DNA from: Tubulanus polymorphus
Taxonomy: Eukaryota; Animalia; Nemertea
Assembly (NCBI RefSeq): GCF_964204645.1
Contig: NC_134035.1
Location: forward strand, 9,270,451 to 9,334,450
Direction of reading: 5' to 3'
DNA: 64,000 nt
Position 1 is the stretch's first letter. Each line of letters begins with the position of its first letter. The position numbers and the translations under genes were made by a program. The notes below the pieces were generated by a model that was not told the DNA's origin, did no database searches, and saw only the letters and a program-made list of their open reading frames with translations. Positions 48,904 through 63,617 of the stretch are shown one piece after another.

Positions 48904-50921
48904 CTGGTCCTGTTTAGTAATCATTATATATACATACTTAAACAATTACATAAAATATGAGCCTGCCTAGGAATGAATATGAAGAATAATTTTAGAGATT
49001 CGGAAAGCTTGAAGGAATGAATGCTTTTTTGAGATCACAGTCTGAGGGAGATGCATATACAATAGATTGGAATATACTTAAAAACAGGAACGTTAATGTC
49101 CTGTTATTGTCAAAATCAAATTCAATGATGTTGTTACAATGGTCCCTTAAATTTGTGATAAAATGTCTACTGTATCATCCATCACAAACCACCGATTATA
49201 GATTGTTCAAGAGCGTGAGCAAGCTCAGATCATAGATAAGTACACATATTACAGTAAGCCCAGACTATACATCTGCACACTATCACAACCATCACATTTT
49301 TCAAAACTGAAAAAATAAGGCTTAAAATACCAGCCATTCAAATCATGTACAGACGGGCAAGTAGACATACAATGCTTTGTATACATAACAAGTATTACGT
49401 TCGAGAATGAAAATTGATGAACATTTTTCACAGAGAAAAACGTCATTAATATCAGCAGGACGAAGCCCAATCGGGCCTGGAGGATTCATTGTGACCCTAT
49501 CAAAAGAAGTCAGCGAAGGGACGGCTATAGTTGGAAGTAATAACTGATAATCTACTATAAATACACTTCATAAACCTAACAAAATAAGCAAAATAATAAT
49601 ATATTGATGTAAATACCGATATATGTACATTGAGATTTAAATGATGGGAAGCTAGTCAAGTGGAAGTCGTTATCATCGATCAAAAAACGATTTCAGACTG
49701 AAATAAAACGATACCTTGTTTCTCCGAATCTGCCAGGTCATTTTGTAAACTGCAATTGAATTTGTAATCATTTCTATAGCTGCCGGGTCCGTTATTATCA
49801 GCTTGATCATGATTTAAATATGACGTATAGGCGGCCGCCCGGATCAACTTTTAAGCTCCAGCAGAAATGAGAAACAAGGTGAACATTTTTTTAGCCTTAT
49901 CAATTTGAAATTTTTTTTTCTCAAGGGCAGATGTAAATGTAATAATGTAAATGCACGGTATAAAATAAAAAGTGTAACGAAGCAAGATAGCATCATAAGG
50001 GATATAGATAGTGTATGTTATACAATATAGATTTTACATAAACTTTTTACATCAATGTTGTAAGCAATTCTTCTATTATTGTTTAGTTAGCAAATTTTCT
50101 ATTTCTAAATTTCCCTTAGAAACTGCACACACCCAATACTGACCACTAGAACTACTACACTGTAGATTCTTTCTGATGTCTAAGTACTGGTCAACCACTT
50201 TCAAGTCAGTGAACTTCAAAAACACTTTCTTCGAAAACACTCAATTTCCGTGATTATCTACTCGGTTAAATTTTAATGGTCCTTCCTCAGTCGAATAAGG
50301 CAGACTCCAGGCCTGTGCCAAGGGGGTAGCGAACGACCCCCCTAAAATTTCCAAGAGCCCTTCAAAATGTCGGTGTAAAAAAAAATAGGTCGAGATTTTT
50401 AAAAATTTCGGTACAATTTTTTTTGGGGGGAAAATGAAAAGTAATCCATTCTCAAATGATATATTCAGTTATTCAAAAATCATAATTTAAGTTCTGCCCT
50501 TTTTCAATAGGAAAGTGCCACTTTTCACAGTGGAAAAGTGCCCTTTTTCTTGAAATAGAAGTGCCACTCAATAAACCTCAGAACAGACCCGGAGTCTACT
50601 ACAGAATTGATGAAAAAGAACTGATTTCTGATGCAACATTTCAGCGTAGTAAATTCAGTAACGAATGTAATGTATAAATTATGGACAGATTAATCGCGTA
50701 ATACTAAAAAAAGTTTTTTACGGTCGGTTTTTCTAAACCAACTTTCAAACGACATCATGATAAAAACAGTAGTCGTTTACATCAATCATTCAAACTTGTC
50801 AACGAAGCCACGCCCACTGCACCATACACAATCCCACGAGTGTATTTATATATATATATATATATATACTCCTATATATGACTCATTGTTGAATATCTGT
50901 GGATATCGAAAACGGATGAAG

Positions 50922-53900
50922 CTAGAATAAATTCTCTCTGAATTCCAACGATTCGCGTCCTTCGTTCACGACTGTAACCGGTTTGAACGGGTTCGAGTTG
51001 TTTTGTAAATACCACTGGAAAGAATATGAGAAAAATCGATCGATGAATATCAGAATTTCTGTAATCTCAGAATGAACAGATTCAGGGCTGCCAACCTCTG
51101 AATCTGTGCTATCAGTTACAAATTTTTTCAGTAAAATTTCATTGAAATACGAAAGAAAATGTTCTAATCAACAGTAAGACCTTCAGTAACATCTTTCATA
51201 TTTCTGTACATATCAAACTAATCAAATCAGTATTTCTCGTTAAAGAATACTAACAAATACTGAAAATCAGGAACAGTTGGCAGCTCTGTAGATTCACAAC
51301 ACATTCATATAGTATGGGGTCATTCATTTATTACGTACGCATTAGGGGAGGGGGGAGGGGTCAGTGCAATTGCGTACTGTAATGCTTAATGTATAGGAAA
51401 AAAAGGCCGATTTTGCGTACAGAGGGGAGGGGGGGTTGAAAAATTCAAATTTTATGCATACGTAATAAATGAATGATCCCTATGTATGCGTCAATAGAAG
51501 TGGGATGCGGATAATTCTTAAAATCACATAGGTCTACATGGGTACAGTGGAACCTCGTTACAACAAACTTCAGGGGCCGGTTCCTTAGTCAGGGCTTAGA
51601 CTTAAGACTAGTCTAAGACCATCTCATCTCTATAGCTTATCTAACAACCTAAGACCAGTCTTAAGATTTAAGACCACTTTTGGACTTAAGCCTCGACTGA
51701 TAAATCGTCATATCCGAGGTCGTTATAACAAGTGTTCCACCATAGTTGTAAATCAGCACAATTTTACAGGGCAATGAGACCTATTAATGAACTTAAGCTC
51801 AATGAGCTCTGACTAAAAAGACAAATCAAACTCACATGAGCATAGCTCAATCCATTTTTCTTCTCAGCCGGAGATGCACCTTTGCCGACCCAAACAAAAA
51901 CTTCGGACCCAGTGTCGAAGATAAACACATCCTAGAATCAAGAAAAAATTCCTCCTCAACGTATTATATGTTTGTAGATGAATATCAAACATATTTGTAT
52001 TGCGAGTAGTGGGTTTTTACTTACATTACTTTTGAAGTCTCGTTTAGTGACCGATCCGCTTGTTACGTGCTCGAATTCCATTTGTCCATTCTTATCACTT
52101 AATCTGAAACGAAGCATCTTCAGAAATACAAGCATATTCAAAAACGTAACTACTAAGCTATCGAAACCATTCATACACCGTAATCAGACCACTGAACATG
52201 AAGACAACAGCAGGGCCATATGTAATGTTAGTGAATGGCGTAATTTTCAATTTTTGAGTTTTTCTTTTTTTCACATTTTCAAAAATCCCGAGAGGTTTTC
52301 ACATTTTTCTTTTCACCACAAATCTTCGAGACATGAACTGACCTGAATAATTTTTTCTCGGCATTGCTGCCATCGACTTGATCCGTTTGATCGTCGTCAT
52401 CATCATCGTCGTCATCATTCCCGCCAGTACCATTCAACGCTGAATAGAAAGATTTCTGAAAACGACAAAAAGAGAAATATGCATTCGTGTGTACGACATG
52501 GATTTAGGCAGGTTTCAATTGGTTTCTCCCGATTCTGGAGTTCTCTTCTGGCGTGATCGCTTTGGCCACAATACGCTCTACCTATTCCCAAATAGCGTAA
52601 TCTGCGAACCTGATGAAGGGATTATCAATGTAAAATCTATAGAAGACCCTTCAAACTTACAGCTTCATCAGAATCATCATCATCTCCGTCATCCAGACAT
52701 TCGGATGAACACTTTCCGTGTCGTCCGCTTTTCAGCTTTTGCAAATACTGGACGGCCTTGAACTTTTCATCTTTGTTGCACGCTTTGCCGTTCCATTGGA
52801 TGATCGTGAGACCTTGATCCAACAGGAATACATCGTTTGGCGTTAACGACTTCTGATCCAGGGAAACCTAAAACAATGACGCAAGTATACAGTTGAATTG
52901 AGTAAAGTTGAACAGATTTGAGTGAAATCAGGGGAAAGCCTGGGGCCAGTTGCACAGTCATGATTAAGATGCAAGACCAATCTTAGATCTTAATTCTAAG
53001 GCTTATCTAACAACTAAAGACCGATCTTAAGATTAAAGACCAGTCCAAGACCAACTTAGTTCTATAGCCAATCTAACAACTTAAGACCAGTCTTAAGATT
53101 TAAGACCACTAAGACAACATCCAAAATTAGACGAATGGTGACACGATGTCCAAAATCTGAAGGGGTGGGTTCTGGCTGCAGATCGTTTCGTTTTAAACAG
53201 TGTTTGAAATGTTCCCTGTAGTTTCTCACCTCTTTCACAGTGATCTTTTTTCCGGTACCGGAGAAATGGAACAAACGCGTTTTGTATTTTTCTGGCGTTA
53301 CATGACGGAATCCGCTGTCGCATCCACCTTTCATTATCCTACAAACAATCAAATCAAACAAAATTTTTATAACCAATGAAAAATGAACAAGCAGCCCAGT
53401 TGTTAAGCCAGTGCCACAGTTTTGAGGCCAGTGCCACGTGGAGCCAGCATCTCAGTTGTGTAGCCAGCATCACAGTTTTGAAGCCAGTGTCACAGACAGT
53501 TGTGTAGCCAGCATCAGTTTATAAGCCAGTACCACAGTCGTGGAGCGAGCATCACAGTTGTTAAGCCAGTGCCACAGTTGTGAGACCAGTGCCACAGGTT
53601 TCAAGCTAGTGCCACAGTAATGAGACCAGTGCCACAGGTTTCAAGCTAGTGCCACAGTTGTGAGACCAGTAACACAGGTTTCAAGCTAGTGCCACAGTTG
53701 TGAGACCAGTGCCACAGGTTTCAAGCTAGTGCCACAGTTGTGAGATCAGTGCCACAGGTTTCAAGCTAGTGCCACAGTTGTGAGACCAGTGCCACAGGTT
53801 TCAAGCTAGTGCCACAGTTGTGAGATCAGTACCATAATTTTGTAGCCAGAGCCACAGTTGTGAGAAAAGTGCCACAGGTTTGAAACCAGTGCCACAGTTG

Positions 53901-56900
53901 TGAACTAAAACTACTAGCTAGCTATCGAGGGAGCGGAATCTTACTCACGTGATTGAATCAAAGTATGATTTGAATAGATTCGATTCATATCCTTGAACTT
54001 CACGGTGTTGAACGGGTTTATCGTCCAGTAATGTGTCTAATTCCACTGTTTTATAGGCAGCTGTACCGTATTCATCCTGTTTAAATTAAGTTCATTGTTG
54101 GTTACCATATTAACTCATCCTACTAACAACCCAATCTGGTTTCGATGTCTTAAGTTTAAATCTTGTTTTTGCCAAACCGAGGTTAGTGAGAATGTTCATG
54201 TGTCAGCGGTGAGCTTGAGCTCGACCCCGACCCCGACCCCATGTATTTGGTTGAATATATCAAGCGAGAAATAAAAGTTACGTTCATCTCATAACCCAAG
54301 TTACAAATTGCCAACCCGGACCAGGCAATGTAGGTCCATTCAAAGAAAATGAGCGCCAATTATCAATACCATCGACAACACGTTTTCACAAAATTTGTTA
54401 TCAAATGTGTAGCAAGGCATTTAGGCATATAGCCTAAAATTAAAAATAGAAGAAAAATTTTATTTTGAAATAATTTTCAGATTTTCCATAGCTTTTCCAT
54501 AGCTTTTCCATAGCCATAGAGAAAAAAACTAAACGACCATTGGTTGTCCGGGGCCTGGAAAAAAAATTCCCATTTTCCAAAACTTTCCAAGACGTTATTT
54601 ACCTGTGAACTTTTCTGACCTATCCAGAAATGAACATCTTGCAGCATATCATCAGGGTTTTCGGGGTTTTTTCTTTGCTATGAATGAAAATGACACACGT
54701 AACATTAAGATTTAATATCGAAATGACACCGACACCGGTGAGAAGACAAGCGCCATCTGCCTCGTACTTACACTAAACACGATGTACGAATCACCGCTAA
54801 AGAATGAGCCGTAATCTTCCAGTGTCCAAGGGACAACTTTGAATTTCTGTAAATTGAATTGAAATCACCTGTTAACCCTTTCAGTGCATCTTCACCGCAG
54901 TGCGGTGTATAAATCAGTGATGGATTTTGCTAGTACACCGCACTGCCGTGTATTGAAGTAATTAGTAATTAGTAATTGTCTCTCTTGAAAAATGGCAGCA
55001 CCTGTCAAACATAGTGAAATACTAGTAACTAACGATACACCGCGCCACGGTGTAGACACACTATAGTGGTATTCCCGTTATTCAACACACTATTAGATTA
55101 TCTTCAGCACTATAGGGTATTAATTAGTCAGCACTGAAAGGGTTAAAGGATTGAAGAATATACCAAATACATGTTAAGGCCTACAACTACAGGCCTTGGA
55201 ATTTTTGGATTGGCCCCTGGTATACCAATGTAACAACTGCGGAATTGGGCCAGGAACTATGGAACCGAATTTAATAGAAGAACAAGGCCCTGAATAACTA
55301 GAATATACAAAGCTTACTTCAATTCTCCAGACGAATAAGGCTTGTTGACCTTTTGACAGATTGGTTACCGAAATCCATGCTTTTTCGGTCAACGCCGATT
55401 CCTCTACAAAATTCAGAAGTCGAAAACATATGTGAAAAACGAATACATTAAAAAAATACTTTTCTTTCTATTACCGGCAATTTAAACGCATAATCACCAT
55501 ACATAATACGTATCATATATCAGTCAGGAATACATCGTCGTAAAAGTTTTAGTTAAATATGTATGAATATGAATCATATATCCAACACCGGGCGGGAGAG
55601 GGGAGCGAGAACATCGATTATAATATTGAGTTTTTCAAGTCTCTCTTGTGACACACTCTCACAATAGCTGCCACTACTATACAACCGTCACAAACAACGA
55701 GCTGTACCCTGCTAATGATGCCGGAACTCGTACACGCCGAGACAAAAAATCAAACTATTTTCAAATATTCCTGAAGCGAAATTTCACCACGAAATACATA
55801 ATAACAACTATGCCGTACATATAGATTAGCCGGGTTTAATGCGACCCCGATGGTGGGGCAAACATCATTTCAAAATGTTTGTAGCGATATAGGAAATAAC
55901 TCAGGTTTGATTGCAAAGTGGAGTAAAGAATTCACCCGATTTGGGAAGTTGATTACACAGTGAATATTAAAAGAATTCGACGATAATAACAAAAATCAAG
56001 GTCCGAAAATGTTTGCTCTCGAGCTAGTAATACATATAGTTTATCCAACATTTCGACTATATTCTAATAGAGGATCATTCAGTCATCATGTACATATAAA
56101 ATCTTTTTCCATCCCCCTTGTACGCAATAACGACCATTCTTTAGTTACAGTAACCAATTGCCCTTCATATACTAAACCCCTTCCTCCCCTAATGCGTACG
56201 TAATAAATGAATGACTCCCTAGTCGTCTTCAGGAATTCCAAAAATACATCCTCTCAATGTATTTTTTTGGAATACTGATATATGCTTTATATTATCGTCA
56301 TTATTGTGGGATTCTCTCAACACGGATAGGCCTATAGCATTTTATCAATGGTGATTATAGAGTGAAACCCGGCTTAATTCGAATCAAATCAATCCATAAT
56401 TCGATGTAATCCGAATAGTATCTACGTTCCATCGGATCAATGTACGTAAAATCTACCGACGTTTTAACCGGGATTTCTCATTAATCATTTCATCGATCGC
56501 GACTGAATCACAGCGCATGGGTTCTAATGTACGGGTAATGGGTACGAAATGGCTTACTTTTGACGCCTTTATCGATGTCCGATCCGAACAATGCCATATT
56601 CGAATCTTTCCAGTCATATTTCTTCGCTTTCACTAATCCTGCAATGATAGAAGATGAACACATTATGAATCAATAATCGCGTACACCTCTCCGCCTGGCC
56701 TCTTGGGGCCTGGCTTCACGGGAAGAGTTCAACTCAAAATTTTCGGGTTAATTGCTATCGGTTACGTGGTGTTTTCAATGAGGCCACCCTTTGTGACAAA
56801 CAAAAAACGAATACACGTTCGTATTATTTTCTGAATATGAAAATTCGTCATTGAGTCTATCGGCTGCCTGCCGTGTAGTTGTTATCGCTATAGCAACCGG

Positions 56901-59900
56901 TCTGTCTCGGAGGAGAGACGAGTACAACCTAGCCCAATTTTCTGATCATGATACCGGTATAGAGTGAGGGAGGGGGAGGCTCACGTACCGGTAATTACCC
57001 CGGTAATTGACTTCGCAGTCAACGCACAGATGTGAACAACATGGGCCTACGTATATAGGAACCGCCTTAATTTGGTAGCGTTTGAACAGCGTATTATTCA
57101 GTCCCAAAAAATCAGTTATTCCTAGATATAAGGAATTTTCAATGAGTTTTAAAAGAGAAAATTTCAAATTTCGAGCAAGCGTCTGCATCACTTCTATTTT
57201 TCAATGACTAAACACTCCTCCTTAATCAGCACTGTTTATCTCGGTAATCCAGTAATTCAGTGGTTTTGTGAGCAAATTTTCATCCTTACAACTACCTAAA
57301 CTTGGTTTCTTATTCGGTAAGCGCCTAATATGGTAAAAACCAATCCCAGCTGAACCAATTTGGGCGTAGTCAAACTTAAAAAGTACAAACTTGACAAAAA
57401 TTTCAGTTTCAAAGGAGTTTTGAGCATTTTGTTTCTAACACATTTAAACGCATTTTCCATTTAGAAGGAGTTTTTAAAGAAGTTTTAGTCATAGGACCCT
57501 GTTTGAAAATCAGGGAAATCCTAAAAAAATCTATGTGAATTTCGCGAAAACTTCTCGCTGAGTTCAGTCCTGTACACACATAACTAAGCTTTATTGTTTG
57601 CAGTCCTGAATAAGGCAGAGTCAAAATTGTTTGATATCCAGATCAGATCTTACGTACCGTGCGTACGTCGAGTGTATTTGGTTTGTAATAATCCTGAGAG
57701 GGTCAGGCCGCCGATCAAAGACGGCGGCGCTGGGACGCCGGGAATAGCTCGATGCCGTTCAATGAGAAAAAGAAACAAAACTCTTAACAATGGGAACGTC
57801 GAAAAGGGTAAAAAAAGAAGTCCTCGAAAAAAAAACGCAGAAAAACCTCATATATCGTTAGGCGTACGTACATACAAGCGCTAATATCGTATTGACACAA
57901 GGCAAATAGATAGATCCACACAACATAGCTCATACATATAATATATGATTAATCAGATGTCGTATAAATGTATTAATATTTGATGAAGTCCGCATAGCTA
58001 CCCAGTTATAGCTGCGTATGAATATTCTCCCCGGGGGATGTATCACTGGCGATAAGGTTCACTAATTGTAAAACAATAAACGTTATTAATCGGCGTCGCC
58101 GTGGAGGGTTTAATCTCGGCGAGCGACGCGTATCGCGAAATCGAAGTTTAACATTAGCGATGAACTTCGAATTCCCGGCGGGTAAATAACCCGATCCCCG
58201 ACCCTCCGGCGGGTCTGATATTACATAACTGAATAATTTTGATTGCTCTGAAAAAATAAAGAGACTTCAGCGGATGAATCAGATTCAGAGATGTCGACGC
58301 AAACTCACTTTTTTTTTTGGTTTTCATTAACGAGTGACTAATTATAACTGGTAATTCAATTGGAGAAAGCACAATCATTAAGGAAAAATTATGAGTTCGA
58401 CTCATTTTCATGAGCAGTTTTCAAAACCATTTCGAAACTGGCTCATACAATCGAAATGTCTCGGTACTCTCTTTACGTTTTTCATTATCAGGGTAAGCAC
58501 TTCCGATTTGACGTGGTTTTACACTGACAATGTTTTCATTGCACGTTCTTTTCCCTGACTTTTTCTGCTAAGGATCCGATCGATCAATTAACACAGTCAA
58601 ATACTAAAAACATGGAAACATCTGATTTTACGCTTGATCTAGTGATCTCGACATGTTTTCCTGGCTTCTAAGCTTTTTTTTACAAAATTCCACGACGTTT
58701 TAAAGAAAAGAAAATTCCTCGACTTTTCCTCGATTTACAAGTAAGTGGCCGCCCTGTTTATAACTGTGGGTTTCTTCTTTGAACTCATTAGTATGTAGTA
58801 GGGTGTAGGCCTATATGCTTCCTAACACCTAGCAGCGACAATAGCAAATTCCGATAAGTGGGCTGAATATTGAATACGGGTATGAGTAACAAAAGTCAAC
58901 GCCTCGTTGTTAACAACTAAAACATAGCGAAGAGTGAAAATCCTATAGAAGCTCGGCGCAAATCGAACCGAAATGGATGGGATTAAAGGCGTTACAAATC
59001 CCGACGTGTAGAACACACCCTCTTAGCGCGACTTCCTTTCATTACCACGTGTTACCACTGTTTATACCACCGCGACAGGAAGCGTCTGCAGCTGTAACTA
59101 ATGGCAACTGACAACAATTTGTTTTTCGCCGCGCGGTACTTTTTCAATCACAGCGTCGCGTTCGCTAATGGGTCCCGAGTTTCGTTTCTAACGTGCAAGA
59201 GTACATTACTTTTTATCGGTGGGTTGATTTCACGTCATTTAGAATTATTTAATAGCTCAAGGGATTCGATTCTCACTGCGATAGCTCAAAGGGTATCCTC
59301 ACTGTGATAGCTCAAAGAGTATCCTCACTGTGATAGCTCAAAGGGTATCCTTACTGCGATAGCTCAAAGAGTATCCTCACTGTGATAGCTCAAAGGGTAT
59401 CCTCACTGCGATAGCTCAAAGGGTATCCTCACTGTGATAGCTCAAAGAGTATCCTCACTGTGATAGCTCAAAGGGTATCCTCACTGTGATAGCTCAAAGG
59501 GTATCCTCACTGTGATAGCTCAAAGGGTATCCTCACTGTGATAGCTCAAAGAGTATCCTCACTGTGATAGCTCAAAGGGTATCCTCACTGTGATAGCTCA
59601 AAGAGTATCCTCACTGTGATAGCTCAAAGGGTATCCATACTGTGATAGCTCAAAGGGTATCCTCACTGTGATAGCTCAAAGGGTATCCTCACTGTGATAG
59701 CTCAAAGAGTATCCTCACTGTGATAGCTCAAAGGGTACCCTCTCTGTGATAGCTTAAAGGGTATCCTCACTGTGATAGTTCAGAGTATCCTCACTGTGAT
59801 AGCTCAAAGGGTATCCTCACTGCGATAGCTCAAAGGTTATCCATACTGTGATAGCTCAAAGGGTATCCATACTGTGATAGCTCAAAGGGTATCCTCACTG

Positions 59901-61773
59901 TGATAGCTCAAAGAGTATCCTCACTGTGATAGCTCCAAGGGTATCCTCACGGTGATACCCCTGTATCCCGCTGAATTCTTACAGAAAACACTATGTCAGG
60001 AATACTAGCTGTTACCCCTAATTAGGTGGAAGTAAAGCTTTTGAAATCACATCTCTTTATCTATGGAATTCTATCCCTAAAAGTATTAGGAATAACCAGA
60101 TATCAGGTGCTTTTAAAAATAGAATTGTAAAACTCATATTCAAGGTGTATTTTTGTTTTTAATCAAATTAATACCTCAATTTTTTAAATCTTAATCAATT
60201 CTAAGTAATTTCTGTGCTTTTATTTTTTGTGTAAAGCGCTTGATCAATTCTAATAAGTACGGAATGAAAAGATAAATTATCAATATTATCATTATTATTA
60301 CTATTGAGTGGTCAATGTCCGCGACTTCAAATTCTGCGTCTGCTGTTCGTACAAGTTCATTTCATTGCCTGAATTATTATTGGCAAAGCATATTGCGGAA
60401 TTGTCCAAATTGAGTCGAGCCAAATAAATACGGATGAGGGTTTTTGAAATTTTTTTTCCATATGGCTTAATCAGAGCCGTGTATCAGAAATCGATCGTCG
60501 AATGTGACGTGCACGCGGCGCAGTTCATATGAAACAGCTGTCCCTCTCCATACTCATACACTAACTCTGATAAACACGGTAGAATGTAAACCATGTATCC
60601 ATCAATCACTGGATTCATATTCACTATTAATTATTCAAAACACTCATTAATCCGATACACACTCATTTTTATAGTTAATTTGTGGGTCATCGTTTGTTGC
60701 ATTGAAAAACCATTAAACTAGGGGCGGATTTCGGTGTTGGTCTCAGGGATCCAGCAGACCTCTGCATTTCCACAGCGGCCCTTTTCGTCAAGAAATAGAT
60801 ACTTAAAACCCGCAATTTGACGCTCATCCAGTGGGAAAGTAGATATTTTAGGATGTTTTATCCAACACCGAGGATGGAACCTCGCTAAGGAATCATTCAT
60901 TTATTACATACGCATGAAATTTGAATTTTTCAACCCCCCCTCCCCCTCTGTAAGCAAAATCGGCCATTTTTTCATATACATTAAGCATTACAGTACGCTA
61001 TTGCACTGACCCCTCCACCTCCCCTAATGCGTACGTAATAAATGAGTGATCCCTAATAGCCTATGACGTCCTGTTTCATCAGAAAAATGCCTTAGTTGTT
61101 TCTTCTGGAAACTATAAGCCAAATTAAACAATGTACGCTATTGTTTACACTGTGCATATAATCACACATTTAGAACTTGAAAAGATTCTGCGAATCATAT
61201 TTGCAAAATACGTTCTAAATCTATTCAAAGGAATCATCCCGGTGAAATTGCGGGAATTCGATAAAAGGAAGGCTATTTAAGGCAGCATTATTGCGAAGAC
61301 AAAAAAAAACTGGAAATGCAAGTTCTGATTAAAAGTTTTTGAACTCAGTTTTTGGTCGGATAACGATATGATCTACAAATATGACTAGTTACTTTATTTA
61401 ATATGAAAACACCCCCGACGTATGCTCGCGTACAATATCGAAAATAAGATTCCTGGGACTACCGACTGATTCGAAAGTATAAATACAAGTATTGCGCATA
61501 TTCTGCGATTGTTCCGCGAGGAAACTGAAGAACACTAAACCAGCGGTTCAATTGAATTGAAACAGGTTATACCAATACAGACAGGTCTTCTCATGTATAT
61601 ATTCACTCAGAAAACCTTCGACGAGCCCAATACGTAGTGACCTGGTTAAGTTTGAAGTTACAAGTATACATGCTTGGGATATTCATATGCCTATATACTT
61701 AAAGTCTGACCAAACCCCCCACCCACCCCTCGGGGTTTAGAATTTCAAGCTTTAAACGCAACCTACCGGACAT
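50922..61773 (-). CDS. Three-domain gelsolin/severin-like actin-severing protein, 12 coding exons, 382 aa
   Basis: Exons 61773-61767, 56638-56558, 55403-55318, 54846-54772, 54677-54603, 54076-53949, 53338-53230, 52867-52661, 52455-52343, 52103-52025, 51931-51836, 51014-50922 (1149 nt). Motifs [90 protein letters not shown] probable 5' UTR exon ends at the donor at 62626. Confidence 0.95.
51316..51482. mobile_element. GGGGTCATTCATTTATTACGTA-type MITE; reverse copy at 60888-61054, fragment at about 56176-56221
   Basis: TIRs GGGGTCATTCATTTATTACGTA / TACGTAATAAATGAATGATCCC; the second copy is highly similar. Confidence 0.85.
51573..51700. mobile_element. Small element built of palindromic TTAAGAC(C/T)AGTCTTAA units; a second copy at about 52942-53115
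   Basis: GGGGCC.GTT start followed by repeated TTAAGACCAGTCTTAAGATTTAAGACCACT. Confidence 0.6.
53393..53905. repeat. 20-bp minisatellite forming 40-bp dimers, in a gelsolin intron
   Basis: AGTGCCACAGTTGTGAGACC alternates with AGTGCCACAGGTTTCAAGCT. Confidence 0.93.
54872..55146. mobile_element. piggyBac-like MITE, best-preserved copy
   Basis: TTAA-CCCTTTCAGTGC...GCACTGAAAGGG-TTAA. TTAA target sites and CCC termini are piggyBac hallmarks. Confidence 0.88.
57170..57500 (+). mobile_element. CAGGGTCCC-family MITE, partial
   Basis: Ends in TAGGACCCTG and is internally similar to 7026-7435. Confidence 0.65.
59272..59957. repeat. 26-bp minisatellite, about 26 copies, in the first coding intron of the gelsolin-like gene
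   Basis: Unit CTCACTGTGATAGCTCAAAG(G/A)GTATC, contiguous and without spacers. Confidence 0.97.
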
Positions 61774-63383
61774 GATGATCCAACTTGAGTCTTGAGATAT
61801 CGTTTTTCAAATTGTCTTCGATATTAAATTATCTGAAAATAAATAATGAGACGCATTTGAAGATGCTTTCGACAGTTTGTAGCGAATGACCACCTCCAGT
61901 GGGGTGTATTCAATAGTACATGTGATAATTCACAAATTTCAATAACTCAGACCTTTGCCTACTCAAACAAAAACGAAATCATTATTCTAACGTATTGTCC
62001 TATCCTCAACTCGGACTTTGCTTACCTCGGACTGCTTTTACCTCTCCCGGTTTGTCAAGAGTTAGGCCAGGTCTACTGTACTAAGCTAGATCAGTAGAAG
62101 TCTGTATGTAAAGTAGCTATGTTTGTAAGTCTGTTTGAAGAATAGGAAGCTAAGTCTGCTAAATCTGTATGTAGAAGCTAAGTCAGTTTGTCTGGGGTTT
62201 TGGCGGAAATGGATGAACAAAAATGACTTTTCCGGCCATTAAACCATGGACCCATTCGTTTTAGAGTCCTTGATTAAGCGAAGCAAATTTTAAGATTTAT
62301 CATTTGTCTTTATAAAATTTTCATTGCAAAAAAAATTCCAGATACTTTGAAGAGCAGATTCTCGAATTTTGAAGGGGTGGACCAATCCTACCCACCCCTT
62401 AAATCTGCCCTTGTGTACGTAGCAATACGTGGAATAGGGACACTCAGCCCGTAGTCCAATAGAGTAGCTAAGTCAGTATGGCTGTATATTGAACCTCACT
62501 CAAAGTAGAATATAGAAGTCTGGATGCAGCGGTATGTCTGGCGTACGAATGTATGTAAGATCGGAAATTGTAGAAGCTCAGTCCATATTAGAGAAAAAAG
62601 AAGCTTAGTCTGTAATACTAACTTACCCGCTCACGACACCAGCACACAGAGACAGTATTAAACAGTAGATAAGTCCTTTATTGCGACGACAGCTCAACGT
62701 CTCTATTGATCACACCCCGACTGACTGACGTTCTATCCACTACCACTGCGAACGACCGTAAACGCTATTGAGTTGTGCGATTGGCAACAGTTGTGTGAGA
62801 GACAGAGGTCTGTCGCGTACGCCTAGTGTCGGCAATATTCAGCTATAACTGCAAACAATAGACCTAATGTATACAAGCCTACATCGACACGCGGTTAATA
62901 TGTATTGAACACATCCATTAGGTTTTTAGATTCAGGCCTGCTGGTAGACATGAAATTCAAGGTGGCCACTTTTCTACAGTTTCTCCAAACCCTCGATCAG
63001 TTTTCCCTGATTTAACACTAAATTTCCTGAGTGAATCAGAGAAATTTCGGGGCCGAAATTTCATGGTTTAAAAAAAGTTACAATTTTTTTTTTTCATGGA
63101 ACACGTATTGATAAAGAAACAGTAAATATTAGGCGTGTTGCTGGGTATCCAAATTCCCTGAGTTTCCCAGATTTTTTTTGGCAAAATTTGTTAAATTCCC
63201 TCCCTGATTTTTTTCTAGATTTTTCTGATTCCTTGAGTTTTCCAAGTCAGGGGCCCGCCACTCAGACGTCAGAATTGTACTAACTTCATCAATTTCTTTT
63301 TACATTTTCATCAATTGCTAGTTCCAAGGTCTAGGCCTAAAGGTTATTCACTTTCTTTTGTCTCAGACCTATTTATTCAGTGC

Positions 63384-63617
63384 GATTCAAGAATAGGGGA
63401 CTGTAGTAATTAGTATAGCAATAGTAGTATATATGTAGTGATATACCCTTATTTGATAACTATCATGATAGTTATCAAATAAGTAATAATAATAGTAATT
63501 GATAATGATGATATATCATGATAGGGTCCAATGATAGTAATATATATAGTAATAAATGAAGATTAGGGAACTAAACCTCACCCTAAACCTAACCACTGGT
63601 CCCCTATTCTTGAATCT
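63384..63617. mobile_element. Inverted-repeat element with a CCTAAACCTAACC motif (Helentron/DINE-like or MITE)
   Basis: GATTCAAGAATAGGGGAC...GTCCCCTATTCTTGAATC, with a low-complexity interior. Confidence 0.6.

Noticed and set aside
59272-59957. CRISPR-like repeat array
   Set aside because: Units are contiguous with no unique spacers, no cas genes are present, and the context is a eukaryotic intron.
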